64,000 bases of DNA from Lysobacterales bacterium (GTDB taxonomy: Bacteria; Pseudomonadota; Gammaproteobacteria; Xanthomonadales; Xanthomonadaceae): the NCBI GenBank assembly GCA_038216155.1, contig JBBQQH010000002.1, positions 108 through 64,107 of the forward strand, in the 5' to 3' direction. Positions 1 to 9,956 of the stretch are shown in pieces. The position numbers and the translations under genes were made by a program. The notes beneath the pieces were generated by a model. The model searched no databases and was not told the DNA's origin. It saw only the letters and a list, made by a program, of their open reading frames with translations. Each line of letters begins with the position of its first letter. The stretch's first letter is position 1.

Positions 1-298
1 CCTCGTCCAGTTCGTACAGCAACAGATCGGACAATGACGACTGTGTGCCCTCGATCTGCGAGGACAGCAGGGCTTCCTTGCGCACGTACTGATAGAGGAA
101 CAATTCGGGGTCGGGCAGCATCAAGGTGATGCCATCCAATCGGCCCAAGGCCTGATCGGCGCGCTCCTTGCGGGCAATCAGATCCTGCGTGGACAGATCC
201 AGTGGCGGCTGCGGTGGCAACGGATCGGGGACGAAGGCCTGATAGCGGCTATTCGCCAGCGACCCTTGGACATAGTGCCCGGTAACGCGCGATGGCAC
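1..298 (-). CDS. Fic/DOC family protein, N-terminal part only (gene runs off the left edge)
   Basis: The minus-strand frame is open from GTG at 298 (AAGGAAA about 6 nt upstream) to position 1. The translation VPSRVTGHYVQGSLANSRYQAFVPDPLPPQPPLDL...LFLYQYVRKEALLSSQIEGTQSSLSDLLLYELDE matches the conserved N-terminal region of Fic proteins (YxAFxPxPLPP ... EAxxSSxIEGT). It is absent from the ORF track because it has no stop codon in the window. Confidence 0.6.
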   Translation of the reverse strand, partial: MPSRVTGHYVQGSLANSRYQAFVPDPLPPQPPLDLSTQDLIARKERADQALGRLDGITLMLPDPELFLYQYVRKEALLSSQIEGTQSSLSDLLLYELDE

Positions 299-430
299 GA
301 AGCTTTCCTTATAAGAGGCCTTAGGCCGTCTAAGGAAAGATATATACCAATATCTTTTTTAAAAAGCCAGAAATGGCCAGAAAAGAAAGGTGGCTTTCAT
401 TTGGTGAGCGTTCCCGCGAGGAACCGACAG

Positions 431-1447
431 CTACCAGACCACTTCGGCCATCGAACAGTTCAGGCCCGAACCGATGCCGAGCAACGCGACGCGATCGCCT
501 TTCTTCAGCCGGCCGAGTTCGCGCAGTTTGCTGAGTACGATCGGCACCGAGGCTGGACCGATGTTGCCGTACTCGTGGAAAATGGTCAGCACTTTTTTCG
601 GATCGATGCCGAAGGCCTTGATGAAGGCCTGGGTGTGCACCTGGCTGACCTGGTGGATCACGAATTCATCAAGCTCCTCCACCACCCAGCCGAGCGCGAT
701 CTTGGCCGCGACGAAGGTCTTCTGCGCCAGCTTCAGGCCTTCGATCAACAATGTTTTGGTGTCGGTGACCATGCGATCGAGATTGCCGCGGCACAGCTTG
801 TTCCAGTCGGTGGCCGCGCGGGTGACGCCGCCCTTGTAGCGCGGCGCATCGGGCGTCAGCTCAGTGCGCGAGAGCACCATCGCGGCGGCGCCGCAGCCTA
901 GCGTGAGCGAGGCCAGTTCGTTGCGGAATTGTTCCTCGGTGACATCCGGCGCGCTCAGGCGATCGAGGGTTTTCTCGTACACCAGGTTCGCGGTTTCGCC
1001 GTCCACCACCAGCGCGTATTCGATCTCGCCGCGCTCGATCATGCGGCTGGCGATGTCCATGCCATTGAGAAACGCGAGACAGGCGTTGGCTATGTCAAAG
1101 TTCTGGCAGTTTTCGCCCAGCTTGAGGTTGCCGCAGATGATGCTGGCGGTGGAGGGTTCGAGGTAATCGCGACTGACCGAAGTGTTGACTAGCAACCCGA
1201 TCTTCTCGCGCGGCACGCCGGCATCGATCAGCGCCTTCTCCGCGGCCATGGTCGCGGCGTCAGAGGCTTCCACGCCGCTGCCCCACATGTGCCGCGCATG
1301 GATGCCGGCGATATCGCGCAACACGTCGGTCTTGATGCCAAGGCGATCCATCGTCGGCTGCAGGCGAAGGTTGATCGCATCCGAGCTCAGGCGTTCGGGC
1401 GCGTCGATGTGCGCCAGTCCGGCGATGGAAACGTGCTGGAAGAGCAT
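431..1447 (-). CDS. oleA: FabH-family thiolase, OleA-like (olefin/long-chain head-to-head condensation)
   Basis: 338-aa ORF with an ATG start. It has the KAS-III fold signatures and the active-site context DIANACLAF. From memory, the N-terminus MLFQHVSIAGLAHIDAP and the C-terminus GSGLNCSMAEVVW closely resemble Xanthomonas OleA. The symbol is less certain than the family. Confidence 0.7.
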   Translation of the reverse strand: MLFQHVSIAGLAHIDAPERLSSDAINLRLQPTMDRLGIKTDVLRDIAGIHARHMWGSGVEASDAATMAAEKALIDAGVPREKIGLLVNTSVSRDYLEPSTASIICGNLKLGENCQNFDIANACLAFLNGMDIASRMIERGEIEYALVVDGETANLVYEKTLDRLSAPDVTEEQFRNELASLTLGCGAAAMVLSRTELTPDAPRYKGGVTRAATDWNKLCRGNLDRMVTDTKTLLIEGLKLAQKTFVAAKIALGWVVEELDEFVIHQVSQVHTQAFIKAFGIDPKKVLTIFHEYGNIGPASVPIVLSKLRELGRLKKGDRVALLGIGSGLNCSMAEVVW

Positions 1448-1613
1448 TCAGGGAGCCTTGAAGGTAAGCCGGCGAACGCTACCCGGTTCGGCGGGTGCCC
1501 GCAACCTGTGCGGGTTGGGGCGGCGATTTTCAAGGGCGCAGGGCCGGCGGCGCACGTCCATCTTCACTGTTGTGAACCCCGACGCACTCGCAGCGATTGC
1601 AATCGCAGCGCTC

Positions 1614-1961
1614 TCAGCGGCCCGGTGGGTGGCAATTCAGCGCCACCCAGCGCTGCGCGCCGTCATCTAGTTCGTTCAGCGGCTGCACGCTGTCGGCATG
1701 CAACGTGGTCGCCTCGTTGCGGGCCAGGGTTTCGAGTTCATCCTTGACGCGCAGCGAGTTGCGCTCGTACGGGCCGAGCCGATCCTTCACCGACACCGCG
1801 ATCTCACCCAGCCGTCGACACCCATCCATGTCCTGGCCTTGGCGCAACACGCGAATCTGCTGCGCAGCCGAATCCAACTTGACCCACTGGCAGCCGCCGG
1901 TTGCGAACAGCAGCACGCCGAGGGCGGCAATCTTCGGAAGCGATAATGAGGTGTTGTGCAT
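1614..1961 (-). CDS. small lipoprotein (DUF4156-like)
   Basis: 115-aa ORF with an ATG start. It has a signal peptide with the lipobox LFATGGC. Size and layout fit small gammaproteobacterial lipoproteins; the family name is tentative. Confidence 0.65.
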   Translation of the reverse strand: MHNTSLSLPKIAALGVLLFATGGCQWVKLDSAAQQIRVLRQGQDMDGCRRLGEIAVSVKDRLGPYERNSLRVKDELETLARNEATTLHADSVQPLNELDDGAQRWVALNCHPPGR

Positions 1962-2121
1962 ACGACCGGTGCCTGGCGTGGAAGACTAGGCAAGCATAAC
2001 GAGACGGCCTGAACCGCGCGGCATTCCGCCAATCGACGGATCACCCTTGCCGCGCGGACTCATCCTAGCGTGGAAGCCCGATGCGACCCGAAATCCATTC
2101 GGGCCGCCGTTCAAATCCGCA

Positions 2122-5034
2122 TTAGCGACCGGCAGGCGTCGCCATCGGCTTGGGTGCGGGCAGCATCGGCTTGGCCGTGACCGGCTTGCCATCGGCATCC
2201 ACCACTGTCACCTCGCCGACGTTAAGCGCGCGCACTGGTGCCTCGATCTTCGACAGGTCGCCCACCACCACCCAGGTCAGCGAACCGGGCTTGATCTCGC
2301 TGGCAGCCGTCTGCGCGGCAGCGACCGAAACGCCTTCGATACGCGCCTTGGTGGTCTGCACATAGTCGTCTGGACGGTTGTAGCGGACGATGCCGCCAAT
2401 CGCGCCCATCACCGCGTCGCCGGTTTCAAACGAACCTGGCAGCGAACGCACGTTGCTGTCCTTGACCTTGTCGACTTCGGCAACGGTCAAGGGTGTCTTG
2501 CCGCTGGCGAAGCTGCTGATCTCGCGCTGCATTTCGGCCAGCGAGTCGGCGGTCTTGTCGATCTGCACCGGAGAGTAGGCAATCCACGGCCGCTGTCCCT
2601 TGGCCGACGGAGTAAAGCTGTAGGCGCCGTAGGCCCAATGCTTGGCCTCGCGCAGGTTCATGTTCAGGCGCGAGGAGAATTCCCCGCCGATGACGCCATT
2701 GGCGATGCTGAAGTCAGTCGCTTTCGGACTCATGGTGGAATCCACCAGATCGCCGACCATGATCGTTGCCTGCACCGCACCCGGCTGATCGACCAACAGC
2801 ACGCGCGGCTTCGGCTGTGGTGCCACCTGCGCGATGTTCAGCGTCGGCAGCGTGCCGACCGGCGCCTTCCAATCGCCAAAGTGCTTCTCCAGCAGCGGCG
2901 TGATCGCCTTCAAGCTGGTGTCGCCGACGATGATCAGCGTCGCGTTGTCCGGGCGAAGCCACTGCGCGTCGAAGGCCAGCAGGTCGTCACGGGTCAGCGA
3001 CTTGATCGAATCCTCGTTGCCGGTGCCGCTGAACGGGATCGCATACGGATGGCCCAGCCCGTAGAGCAGCGGCGGCAACAGTCGGAGCGCGATCGAGGTC
3101 GGGCGGGTCTTTTCCTGGGCGATGCCGGCCAACCAGGTCTGCCGCACGCGCTCGATTTCGCTGGGTGCAAAGGTCGGGCGGCGAACCACGTCGGCGTACA
3201 GCGCCATCGAATCGTCGAGTTTGTCGGTAAGTGCCGACAGCGCAATGCTGCCGCCGTCAAGGCTTGCCCCGGCAGCGATGTCGGCACCCAGCGATTCCTC
3301 GCGATCGGCCAGCCCTAGCGCGTCATACTTGCCCGCGCCTTCATCCAGCATGCCCATGGTGAAGCTCGCCGTACCCAATTTGTGACCCTGGTCGGCCGCA
3401 TAACCACCGGCAAATTCCATGCTCATCTGCACCACCGGAATCTCGTGGCGCTCGGCCAGCACGACCTTCATGCCGTTGGACAAGGTGGCGCGCTGCAGGG
3501 TCGGGAACTTGAGATCGGGGAAGCGGGTTACCTCGGGCACGCCCTTGCTGCGGTCGATGTCGGTCTTGACCACGTGGAACTTCGGATCGATCGCTGGAAT
3601 CGGGCGATCCTTGGTGGCGAACGCTTCGCCTGCCGTGGAATCATCCTTTATCGGCGGCGCGGCGGCGTTGTCCTTGGTCGGCTCCACCACCAGCGTGTAA
3701 TCGCCCTTGCCCACCCATTTGCGACCGACCGCAGCCACCTGCGCCGGGGTGGCGCTGGCCCAGGTTTTCAGGCTCTTGCGAAAGCAGCCCGGGTCGCCGG
3801 TGAACACCGCGCACTCGGCCAGCGCATCGGCCTTGCCACCAAAGCCGCCAATGCGTTCAATGCCGCGAATGAAGCCGGCCTTGAACACGGTCTGCGCCTG
3901 CGCCAGTTCCGCAGCGCTCGGGCCGTCCTTGAGCAGACGAGTCAACTCTTCATTGATGATCGCTTCGACCTTGGCTGGATCCACGCCATTCTTGACGTCG
4001 GCGCTGATGTAGAACTGTCCGCCGATCTCACTCGAATTGATCGATGCACTGACGTGATCAGCCAGTTTGTCCTGGTGCACCAGTCGGCGATCCAGCCGCG
4101 AGGAACGGCTGCCGCCCAGCACCTGTGCGAACAGTTGCAGGCGATCGGCGTCGTCGCTACCAGCGCCCGGCACGTTCCAGACTTTGTAGATTCGAACCTG
4201 GGCAACACGATCGAGGAGGGTCGCTCGAGCGGACTGGTCGTGCGCCGCAATCCACGGCTTGGGCTGCGCAATGGTTGGCGACGCCGGGATGTCGCCAAAA
4301 TATTTGCTGACCTTGGCCTTGGCCGTGGCCAGGTCGATGTCGCCGGCGAGCACCAGCACCGTGTTGTTGGGGCCGTACCAGGTTTTGAACCAGGCTTTCA
4401 CGTCATCGAGCGAGGCGGCATCGAGATCGGCCTTGGAACCGATCGTGGTGTGATGGTACGGATGCGCGACCGGATACATCGCGGCCGCCAGCGCATCGCG
4501 AACGCGGCCGTACGGTTGATTCTCGCCTTGGCGCTTCTCGTTCTCGACCACGCCGCGCTGCTCGTCCAGCGCTTTCTGATCGATGCCACCGAGCAGATGG
4601 CCCATGCGGTCGGATTCCATCCACAACGCCATGTCCAGCGCGCTGGTCGGCACGTTCTCGAAGAAGTTGGTGCGGTCGGTATTGGTGGTGCCGTTCTGAT
4701 CAGTGGCGCCAGCCTTTTCAAACGGATCGAAATATTCGCCCTTGTGGTTTTCCGAGCCCTGGAACATCAGGTGCTCATACAAATGCGCGAAACCCGTCTT
4801 GCCCGGCTTCTCATCCTTGGAGCCGACGTGGTACCAGAGATTGACCGCTACGATCGGCGCCTTGTGGTCCTCGTGCACGATCACGCGCAGGCCGTTCGGC
4901 AAGGTGAACTGCTGATACGGAATCTCGACACCGCTGGCGGCATGCGCCAGTTGCGGCAGGGCAGGCAGCGCGAGTGCGGCGGAAAGGCTCAGGGCAAGCA
5001 AGCCGGCGCGCAGCCGACGGGGCGAGTTGGTCAT
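2122..5034 (-). CDS. secreted M16 (insulinase/pitrilysin) family zinc peptidase, double-module
   Basis: It carries the HxxEH zinc motif (HLYEHLMFQGSENH) and a signal peptide ...LPQLAHAAS. Two M16 active/inactive domain pairs are fused, giving about 970 aa. I start it at the ATG at 5034 (GAGGA 5 nt upstream) rather than the track's TTG at 5046. Confidence 0.9.
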   Translation of the reverse strand: MTNSPRRLRAGLLALSLSAALALPALPQLAHAASGVEIPYQQFTLPNGLRVIVHEDHKAPIVAVNLWYHVGSKDEKPGKTGFAHLYEHLMFQGSENHKGEYFDPFEKAGATDQNGTTNTDRTNFFENVPTSALDMALWMESDRMGHLLGGIDQKALDEQRGVVENEKRQGENQPYGRVRDALAAAMYPVAHPYHHTTIGSKADLDAASLDDVKAWFKTWYGPNNTVLVLAGDIDLATAKAKVSKYFGDIPASPTIAQPKPWIAAHDQSARATLLDRVAQVRIYKVWNVPGAGSDDADRLQLFAQVLGGSRSSRLDRRLVHQDKLADHVSASINSSEIGGQFYISADVKNGVDPAKVEAIINEELTRLLKDGPSAAELAQAQTVFKAGFIRGIERIGGFGGKADALAECAVFTGDPGCFRKSLKTWASATPAQVAAVGRKWVGKGDYTLVVEPTKDNAAAPPIKDDSTAGEAFATKDRPIPAIDPKFHVVKTDIDRSKGVPEVTRFPDLKFPTLQRATLSNGMKVVLAERHEIPVVQMSMEFAGGYAADQGHKLGTASFTMGMLDEGAGKYDALGLADREESLGADIAAGASLDGGSIALSALTDKLDDSMALYADVVRRPTFAPSEIERVRQTWLAGIAQEKTRPTSIALRLLPPLLYGLGHPYAIPFSGTGNEDSIKSLTRDDLLAFDAQWLRPDNATLIIVGDTSLKAITPLLEKHFGDWKAPVGTLPTLNIAQVAPQPKPRVLLVDQPGAVQATIMVGDLVDSTMSPKATDFSIANGVIGGEFSSRLNMNLREAKHWAYGAYSFTPSAKGQRPWIAYSPVQIDKTADSLAEMQREISSFASGKTPLTVAEVDKVKDSNVRSLPGSFETGDAVMGAIGGIVRYNRPDDYVQTTKARIEGVSVAAAQTAASEIKPGSLTWVVVGDLSKIEAPVRALNVGEVTVVDADGKPVTAKPMLPAPKPMATPAGR

Positions 5035-5204
5035 TGAAATCCTCAAGGATGATGAATGCAGATCGCTTGCACCGCGCCGTCGCGTATCGGGTGAATCCGG
5101 CGGTCACTAAGCAAGGTCGACCATGATAACGGGTGCGATCTGGCGATGCAGGCGTCGGCGACTGCCACGACCTTGTCGAAGCCCGCCTTTGCTAGGCTAG
5201 CGCG

Positions 5205-6179
5205 ATGGCGAAAGCGCGCGCGTCCTCTTCTTCCCGGCAGCCCGGTCAGCGCGCGAGCGGGTCACGCAAACCGGCGGCTTCCGCGCCGACCGAACCCTCG
5301 TCGCCCGCTCCGCGCCCGCCGTGGCAGCTGCGTCTGCGTCTTTACTGGACGCTGCTGCGTGGCGACCGCCCGATCGGCGCGCTGCTGCTGCTGTGGCCAA
5401 CGTGGTGGGCATTGTGGCTGGCCGCCGACGGATTTCCGACGCTCGGCTTGTGGTTGATCTTCACCCTCGGCGTCTGGCTGACACGCTCGGCCGGTTGCGT
5501 GATCAACGACTACGCCGACCGCTGGCTCGATCCACAGGTCGAACGCACCCGCGAACGCCCACTCGCACGCGGCGCGGTCAGCGGTCGCGAGGCCTTGTTG
5601 GTGTTCGCAGTGTTGATGTTGGTCGCGTTCGGATTGGTGCTGTTGACCAACCGCCTGACCGTGGAATTGAGCGTCATCGGCGTGCTGCTCGCGGCAAGTT
5701 ATCCGTACCTCAAGCGTTACACCTACCTGCCGCAGGTGTACCTCGGACTGGCCTTCGGCTGGGGCATCCCGATGGCGTTCGCCGCAACGCAAGGCACGGT
5801 GCCGGCGCTGGCGTGGCTGCTGTTCCTGGCCAACGTGCTGTGGGCGACGGCTTACGACACTTGGTATGCGATGGTCGATCGCGACGACGATCTGCGCGCC
5901 GGTGCGAAGTCCACCGCGATTCTGTTTGGCGAAGCGGACCTGATTGCGCAGGGCGTGCTGTATGCACTGTTCCTCGCTGCACTGGTCTTCGTCGGCCAGC
6001 GCGCGCAACTGGCACCCGCTTATTTCATCGCACTGCTGATCGCCGCCGGCCTGATCGTCTGGGAATTCCGCCTCGCCCGCCACCGCGATCGCACCGGCTG
6101 CTTCCGAGCATTCCTGCACAACAACTGGGTCGGCGCGGTGGTATTTGCGGGGATCGTGCTGGGCGTGGCGATGCGTTGA
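5205..6179 (+). CDS. ubiA: 4-hydroxybenzoate polyprenyltransferase
   Basis: It has the UbiA prenyltransferase motif [23 protein letters not shown] and multiple TM helices. The N-terminal roughly 45 aa are low-complexity, so the start is uncertain. Confidence 0.85.
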   Translation: MAKARASSSSRQPGQRASGSRKPAASAPTEPSSPAPRPPWQLRLRLYWTLLRGDRPIGALLLLWPTWWALWLAADGFPTLGLWLIFTLGVWLTRSAGCVINDYADRWLDPQVERTRERPLARGAVSGREALLVFAVLMLVAFGLVLLTNRLTVELSVIGVLLAASYPYLKRYTYLPQVYLGLAFGWGIPMAFAATQGTVPALAWLLFLANVLWATAYDTWYAMVDRDDDLRAGAKSTAILFGEADLIAQGVLYALFLAALVFVGQRAQLAPAYFIALLIAAGLIVWEFRLARHRDRTGCFRAFLHNNWVGAVVFAGIVLGVAMR

Positions 6180-6225
6180 ATTGCCGCGCCACGGCTTCTA
6201 TTTGTGGTGATCCTGGCCACTCGAA

Positions 6226-6660
6226 TCAACCTAAATCGTTCGTGGTGAGCCTGTTTAACCACATCACGAATTTAATTTGCAGACATCTAAGTAGAAGCAA
6301 GAGCACCCCTCCCCAACCCTCCCCCGCGCGTTGTGCAAGGGAGGAGCAGATTCGTTTATGGTGAGCTGCGATGTCCATGGATGGACGAGTGCCGCGAGCG
6401 CATGGATTCGCAGGAGTGGCTCGAACCACACTTTCTCAACCGTTCGTGGTGAGCCTGTCGAACCACACCCCAATTCAATTTTCAGACATCTCTCAGCAGA
6501 GCAAGAGCACCCCTCCCCAACCCTCCCCTGCGCGTTGCGTAAGGGAGGGAGTAGAGTCTGTTCGTGTTGAGGAGCCATAGTTCGGACGGATGGCCTCAAC
6601 ACTTTCCCCGGTCATGGTGAGGCCGCGCAGCGGATCGAACCATCCACCTCACCACGATGG
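6226..6660. repeat. cluster of REP/MITE-like intergenic repeats (two ~130-bp direct copies plus related hairpin units)
   Basis: Unit 6236-6365 and unit 6441-6570 align almost base for base: cgttcgtggtgagcctgt(tt/cg)aaccaca...ttcagacatct...agcaagagcacccctccccaaccctcccc(c/t)gcgcgttg(t/c)g(c/t)aagggagg. Between and after them are split versions of the same half-sites (ggtgagc...gctcgaaccac; ggtgagg...cctcacc) that form long hairpins. Confidence 0.8.
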
Positions 6661-6716
6661 GGAAGCGCGCGCTGCGGAACCTTGAGGACATCTCGTAGCA
6701 CATTCCCAAATATTCG

Positions 6717-7568
6717 CTAACCGCGCGGCACGCGCGCGGCGACCCAGGCATCGACGTGCTGCACGCCGGCTCGCTTGAGCACGCGGGCGCATTCGTACAG
6801 GGTGGCGCCGGTGGTCATCACGTCGTCGACCAGCGCGACATGCGTTGGCAATGCATCTCGACCCACGGCAAATGCGCCGCGTGGGTTGCGACGACGGGCC
6901 AGCGCGCCGAGCTCGCTTTGCGGAGCGATATCGCGAATGCGGCGCAAGCCGTCGTGCAGTAGTGGCAATCCAAATGCGGTCGCCAGCGGGCGGGCGAGTT
7001 CCAGCGCCTGGTTGTAGCCGCGTTGGCGCAAGCGTGCGATATGCAACGGAATCGGGATCAGGGCTTGCGGAAAGATCGGCGCTGCGTCGTTCGCGCTTCG
7101 TGTGTCATCGCGTGTGGATTGATCCATCCGCGCCGCAAACAACATCGCCTGCATCGCCGCCGACAATTCACGTCCCGCTGCCAGATCGTGATGGAACTTG
7201 AATCGCGGCAGCAGCCGATCGACCGGAAATCCATAGCGAAACGCCGCATGCACGCGATCGATCGGCGGCGGCTTCTTCAGGCAACGCCCGCAAATCACGA
7301 CCGGCTGCGACGCTTCGACATTGCTCAGGACAGGCCCTTCGACGGCGATCTGGACAGGCCCTTCGATGGGGCTCAGGACAGGCATCGGCAAGCCGCACTG
7401 CGCGCATGCGCTGACATTCCATGGCAACGCCTGCTGGCAAGCGCGGCACAGGTCGTGGCCATCGGCCCCGACATCGCCGCACACGAGGCAGCGCGGCGGC
7501 AGCACGATACGGCCGATCGCGGACAGCCAGCCGTCAACCGGCTGCGGGGCTTTCGAGTTGACAGGCAT
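6717..7568 (-). CDS. comF: ComF/GntX family phosphoribosyltransferase-domain protein
   Basis: It has two CxxC pairs (CLVCG...CRAC; CAQCG...CGRC) followed by a PRTase motif [15 protein letters not shown] start it at the ATG at 7568 (MPVNSK...). The longer track ORF would overlap the bioB start. Confidence 0.8.
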   Translation of the reverse strand: MPVNSKAPQPVDGWLSAIGRIVLPPRCLVCGDVGADGHDLCRACQQALPWNVSACAQCGLPMPVLSPIEGPVQIAVEGPVLSNVEASQPVVICGRCLKKPPPIDRVHAAFRYGFPVDRLLPRFKFHHDLAAGRELSAAMQAMLFAARMDQSTRDDTRSANDAAPIFPQALIPIPLHIARLRQRGYNQALELARPLATAFGLPLLHDGLRRIRDIAPQSELGALARRRNPRGAFAVGRDALPTHVALVDDVMTTGATLYECARVLKRAGVQHVDAWVAARVPRG

Positions 7569-7620
7569 CGGTCGCGTTCCCAGACTCACAGCACTGTGCC
7601 AGCCTCGCCGCGAGATCGCC

Positions 7621-8742
7621 ATGTCTGCCGTTGACCCGCAACCTGCTGCCAGCGCATCCAGCATGCGTCGTGACTGGACTCGCGTCGAAATCGAGTCGCT
7701 GCTGAATCTGCCGTTCAACGATCTGCTGCATCGGGCGGCCAGCGTGCATCGCGAACACTTTGATGCCAACGAAGTGCAAGTGTCGACCTTGTTGTCGGTG
7801 AAGACCGGCGGCTGCCCCGAGGACTGCGCGTATTGCCCGCAGGCCGCGCGTTACTCGACTGGAGTGAAGGCGCACAAGTTGATGAGCACCGACGAGGTGC
7901 TGGAAAAGGCGCGGCAGGCGAAAGCAGCTGGCGCGTCGCGCTTTTGCATGGGCGCGGCCTGGCGTTCGCCCAAGGATCGCGACGTGGCCAAGGTGGCGCA
8001 GATGGTGTCGGCGGTGAAAGCGCTCGGGCTGGAAACGTGCGCCACGCTGGGCATGCTCGATGCCGACCAAGCCGACACGCTCAAGGCGGCCGGGTTGGAT
8101 TACTACAACCACAATCTCGATACGTCGCCGGAGTTTTACGGCGAGATCATCCACACCCGCGAGTTCCAGGATCGCCTCGACACACTCGAACACGTGCGAG
8201 CGGCCGGCATGAAAACCTGCTGCGGCGGCATTGTCGGCATGGGCGAATCGCGCGCCGCGCGGGCTGGACTGCTGCACGCGTTGGTCAGCCTGCCCGAGCA
8301 CCCACAATCGGTGCCGATCAACCGGCTGGTGCAAGTCGAGGGAACTCCGCTGGCCGGCACTGCCGAACTCGATCCGTTCGAGTTTGTGCGCACCATTGCA
8401 GCGGCGAGGATCCTGATGCCGGCCTCGATGGTGCGACTGTCGGCAGGGCGCGAAACGATGTCGGACGAATTGCAGGCGCTGTGTTTTCTGGCTGGTGCGA
8501 ATTCGATCTTTCATGGCGAAAAGCTGTTGACCACCGGTAATCCGGATGTCGAACGCGATCAAGCACTGTTTTCTCGGCTGGGGCTGCGACCGATGCCGCT
8601 GCCCTTGCAATCCGACAACGAGACGAACGCTCGCACGCTTCACATCCAGATTGATCTGACTGACGAGCCATCGCCAGCGGATGCAGCGCGACTGGATACG
8701 CCATCGTCCGGTTCGTCCCGTCGTGCCGAACAGGCCGCCTGA
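7621..8742 (+). CDS. bioB: biotin synthase
   Basis: It has the radical-SAM motif [10 protein letters not shown] and conserved BioB blocks ([17 protein letters not shown]). I start it at the ATG at 7621; the track ORF extends upstream into comF. The C-terminus carries a roughly 40-aa non-conserved tail. Confidence 0.93.
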   Translation: MSAVDPQPAASASSMRRDWTRVEIESLLNLPFNDLLHRAASVHREHFDANEVQVSTLLSVKTGGCPEDCAYCPQAARYSTGVKAHKLMSTDEVLEKARQAKAAGASRFCMGAAWRSPKDRDVAKVAQMVSAVKALGLETCATLGMLDADQADTLKAAGLDYYNHNLDTSPEFYGEIIHTREFQDRLDTLEHVRAAGMKTCCGGIVGMGESRAARAGLLHALVSLPEHPQSVPINRLVQVEGTPLAGTAELDPFEFVRTIAAARILMPASMVRLSAGRETMSDELQALCFLAGANSIFHGEKLLTTGNPDVERDQALFSRLGLRPMPLPLQSDNETNARTLHIQIDLTDEPSPADAARLDTPSSGSSRRAEQAA

Positions 8743-8743
8743 G

Positions 8744-9955
8744 ATGGCGCGCGAGTCGATCGCGTCGCGATTGGCCGCACAAGCCCGCGCACGAGAAAAT
8801 GCGCAGACGGTGCGCGTGCGTCGCGAAGTGCAGGCGCGCAGCGGTGCGCGCGTCGTGTTCGACGGCCGGCCGCTACTCAACTTCAGCAGCAACGATTATC
8901 TCGGCCTGGCGCAGCATCCAGACCTGATCCGTGCGTTGTGTGAACGCTCGCGGGTTGGCGTCGGCAGCAGCGCCTCGCACATGATCTGCGGCCACCACGC
9001 CGCACACGCCGCTCTCGAGCGCGACATGGCCGAGTGGCTGGCGCCGGTAATTGGTCGCGACACCCGCGCACTGGTTTTTGGCAGCGGCTATATGGCCAAC
9101 TTGGCAGTGGTGCAATCGCTGCTGCAGACCGACGATGTGTGCCTGCAGGACAAGCTCAACCACGCCAGCCTGATCGATGCCGCGCGCCTGGCTCGGATCG
9201 GGCTGGTGCGTTATCCACATGCCGATGCGACGGCCGCGCGACGGCAGGCGCAGGCGCATGGCGATGGCGTGCTGTTGGTCGCAACCGATGGCGTGTTCAG
9301 CATGGACGGCGACATCGCGCCGCTGCCGGAACTCTCGGCGCTGGCGCGCGCGCACGAAGGCTTGCTGTACGTCGATGAGGCACATGCGATCGGTGTGCTT
9401 GGGCCGGAAGGTCGCGGCAGCGCGGCGGCCGCGGGTTTGATCGATGCCGGTTGCCTGTTGCTGGTGACGCTCGGCAAGGCACTGGGTTGCTATGGCGCGG
9501 TGCTGGTCGGACCCGGCGATGTGATCGAACATATCGCACAAACCGCGCGTGCTTACATCTACACGACGGCGATGCCGCCGCCGCTGGCGACCGCCGCGCG
9601 CGCCGCGCTGAAAATTGCGCGCGAAGAAACATGGCGGCGCAGGCGATTGCGCGAATTACTGGGTCGTTTTCGCGACGGTGCGCGCATGCGCGGAATTCCG
9701 CTGTTGCCCTCACACACGCCGATTCAGCCGCTACTGGTTGGCGACAACGAAACTGCACTGCTGATGGCTCAGCAATTGGAGGAGCGCGGATTGCTGGTCG
9801 CGGCTATCCGCCCGCCCAGCGTGCCAAGCGGGCAAGCGCGATTGCGCATCACATTGTCGTCCATGCACACCGACACACAGGTCGATGCGTTACTGTCCGC
9901 GCTGGACGAACTCACCCCGCGCGTCGCCCGCGAAGCGCGCCTCGCCACCGCCTGA
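8744..9955 (+). CDS. bioF: 8-amino-7-oxononanoate synthase
   Basis: It shows alpha-oxoamine synthase family blocks (FSSNDYLGL, the PLP lysine context TLGKALG) and lies 1 nt after the bioB stop. Confidence 0.9.
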   Translation: MARESIASRLAAQARARENAQTVRVRREVQARSGARVVFDGRPLLNFSSNDYLGLAQHPDLIRALCERSRVGVGSSASHMICGHHAAHAALERDMAEWLAPVIGRDTRALVFGSGYMANLAVVQSLLQTDDVCLQDKLNHASLIDAARLARIGLVRYPHADATAARRQAQAHGDGVLLVATDGVFSMDGDIAPLPELSALARAHEGLLYVDEAHAIGVLGPEGRGSAAAAGLIDAGCLLLVTLGKALGCYGAVLVGPGDVIEHIAQTARAYIYTTAMPPPLATAARAALKIAREETWRRRRLRELLGRFRDGARMRGIPLLPSHTPIQPLLVGDNETALLMAQQLEERGLLVAAIRPPSVPSGQARLRITLSSMHTDTQVDALLSALDELTPRVAREARLATA

Positions 9956-9956
9956 C

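Noticed and set aside
3382-5037. 551-aa plus-strand ORF, with many smaller ones, across 2047-5107
   Set aside because: They are entirely antisense or out of frame to the M16 peptidase gene, which has clear HxxEH and other motifs. Their translations are Arg/Ala/Gly/His-rich low-complexity sequence, typical of shadow ORFs in high-GC DNA.
6226-6570. CRISPR-like appearance of repeated units
   Set aside because: There are only two long (about 130 bp) copies with one spacer, no short uniform repeats, and no cas genes in the window.
6600-6700. tRNA-like string (ggatcgaacc ... cctcacca) suggesting a minus-strand tRNA
   Set aside because: It cannot be folded into a cloverleaf. The would-be T-stem does not pair and there is no acceptor stem. 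It is a ggtgagg/cctcacc REP hairpin.
7534-8892. 452-aa minus-strand ORF, and other long ORFs overlapping bioB/bioF (7833..8540, 8873..9541)
   Set aside because: They are antisense or out of frame to biotin-operon genes that have unambiguous catalytic motifs.
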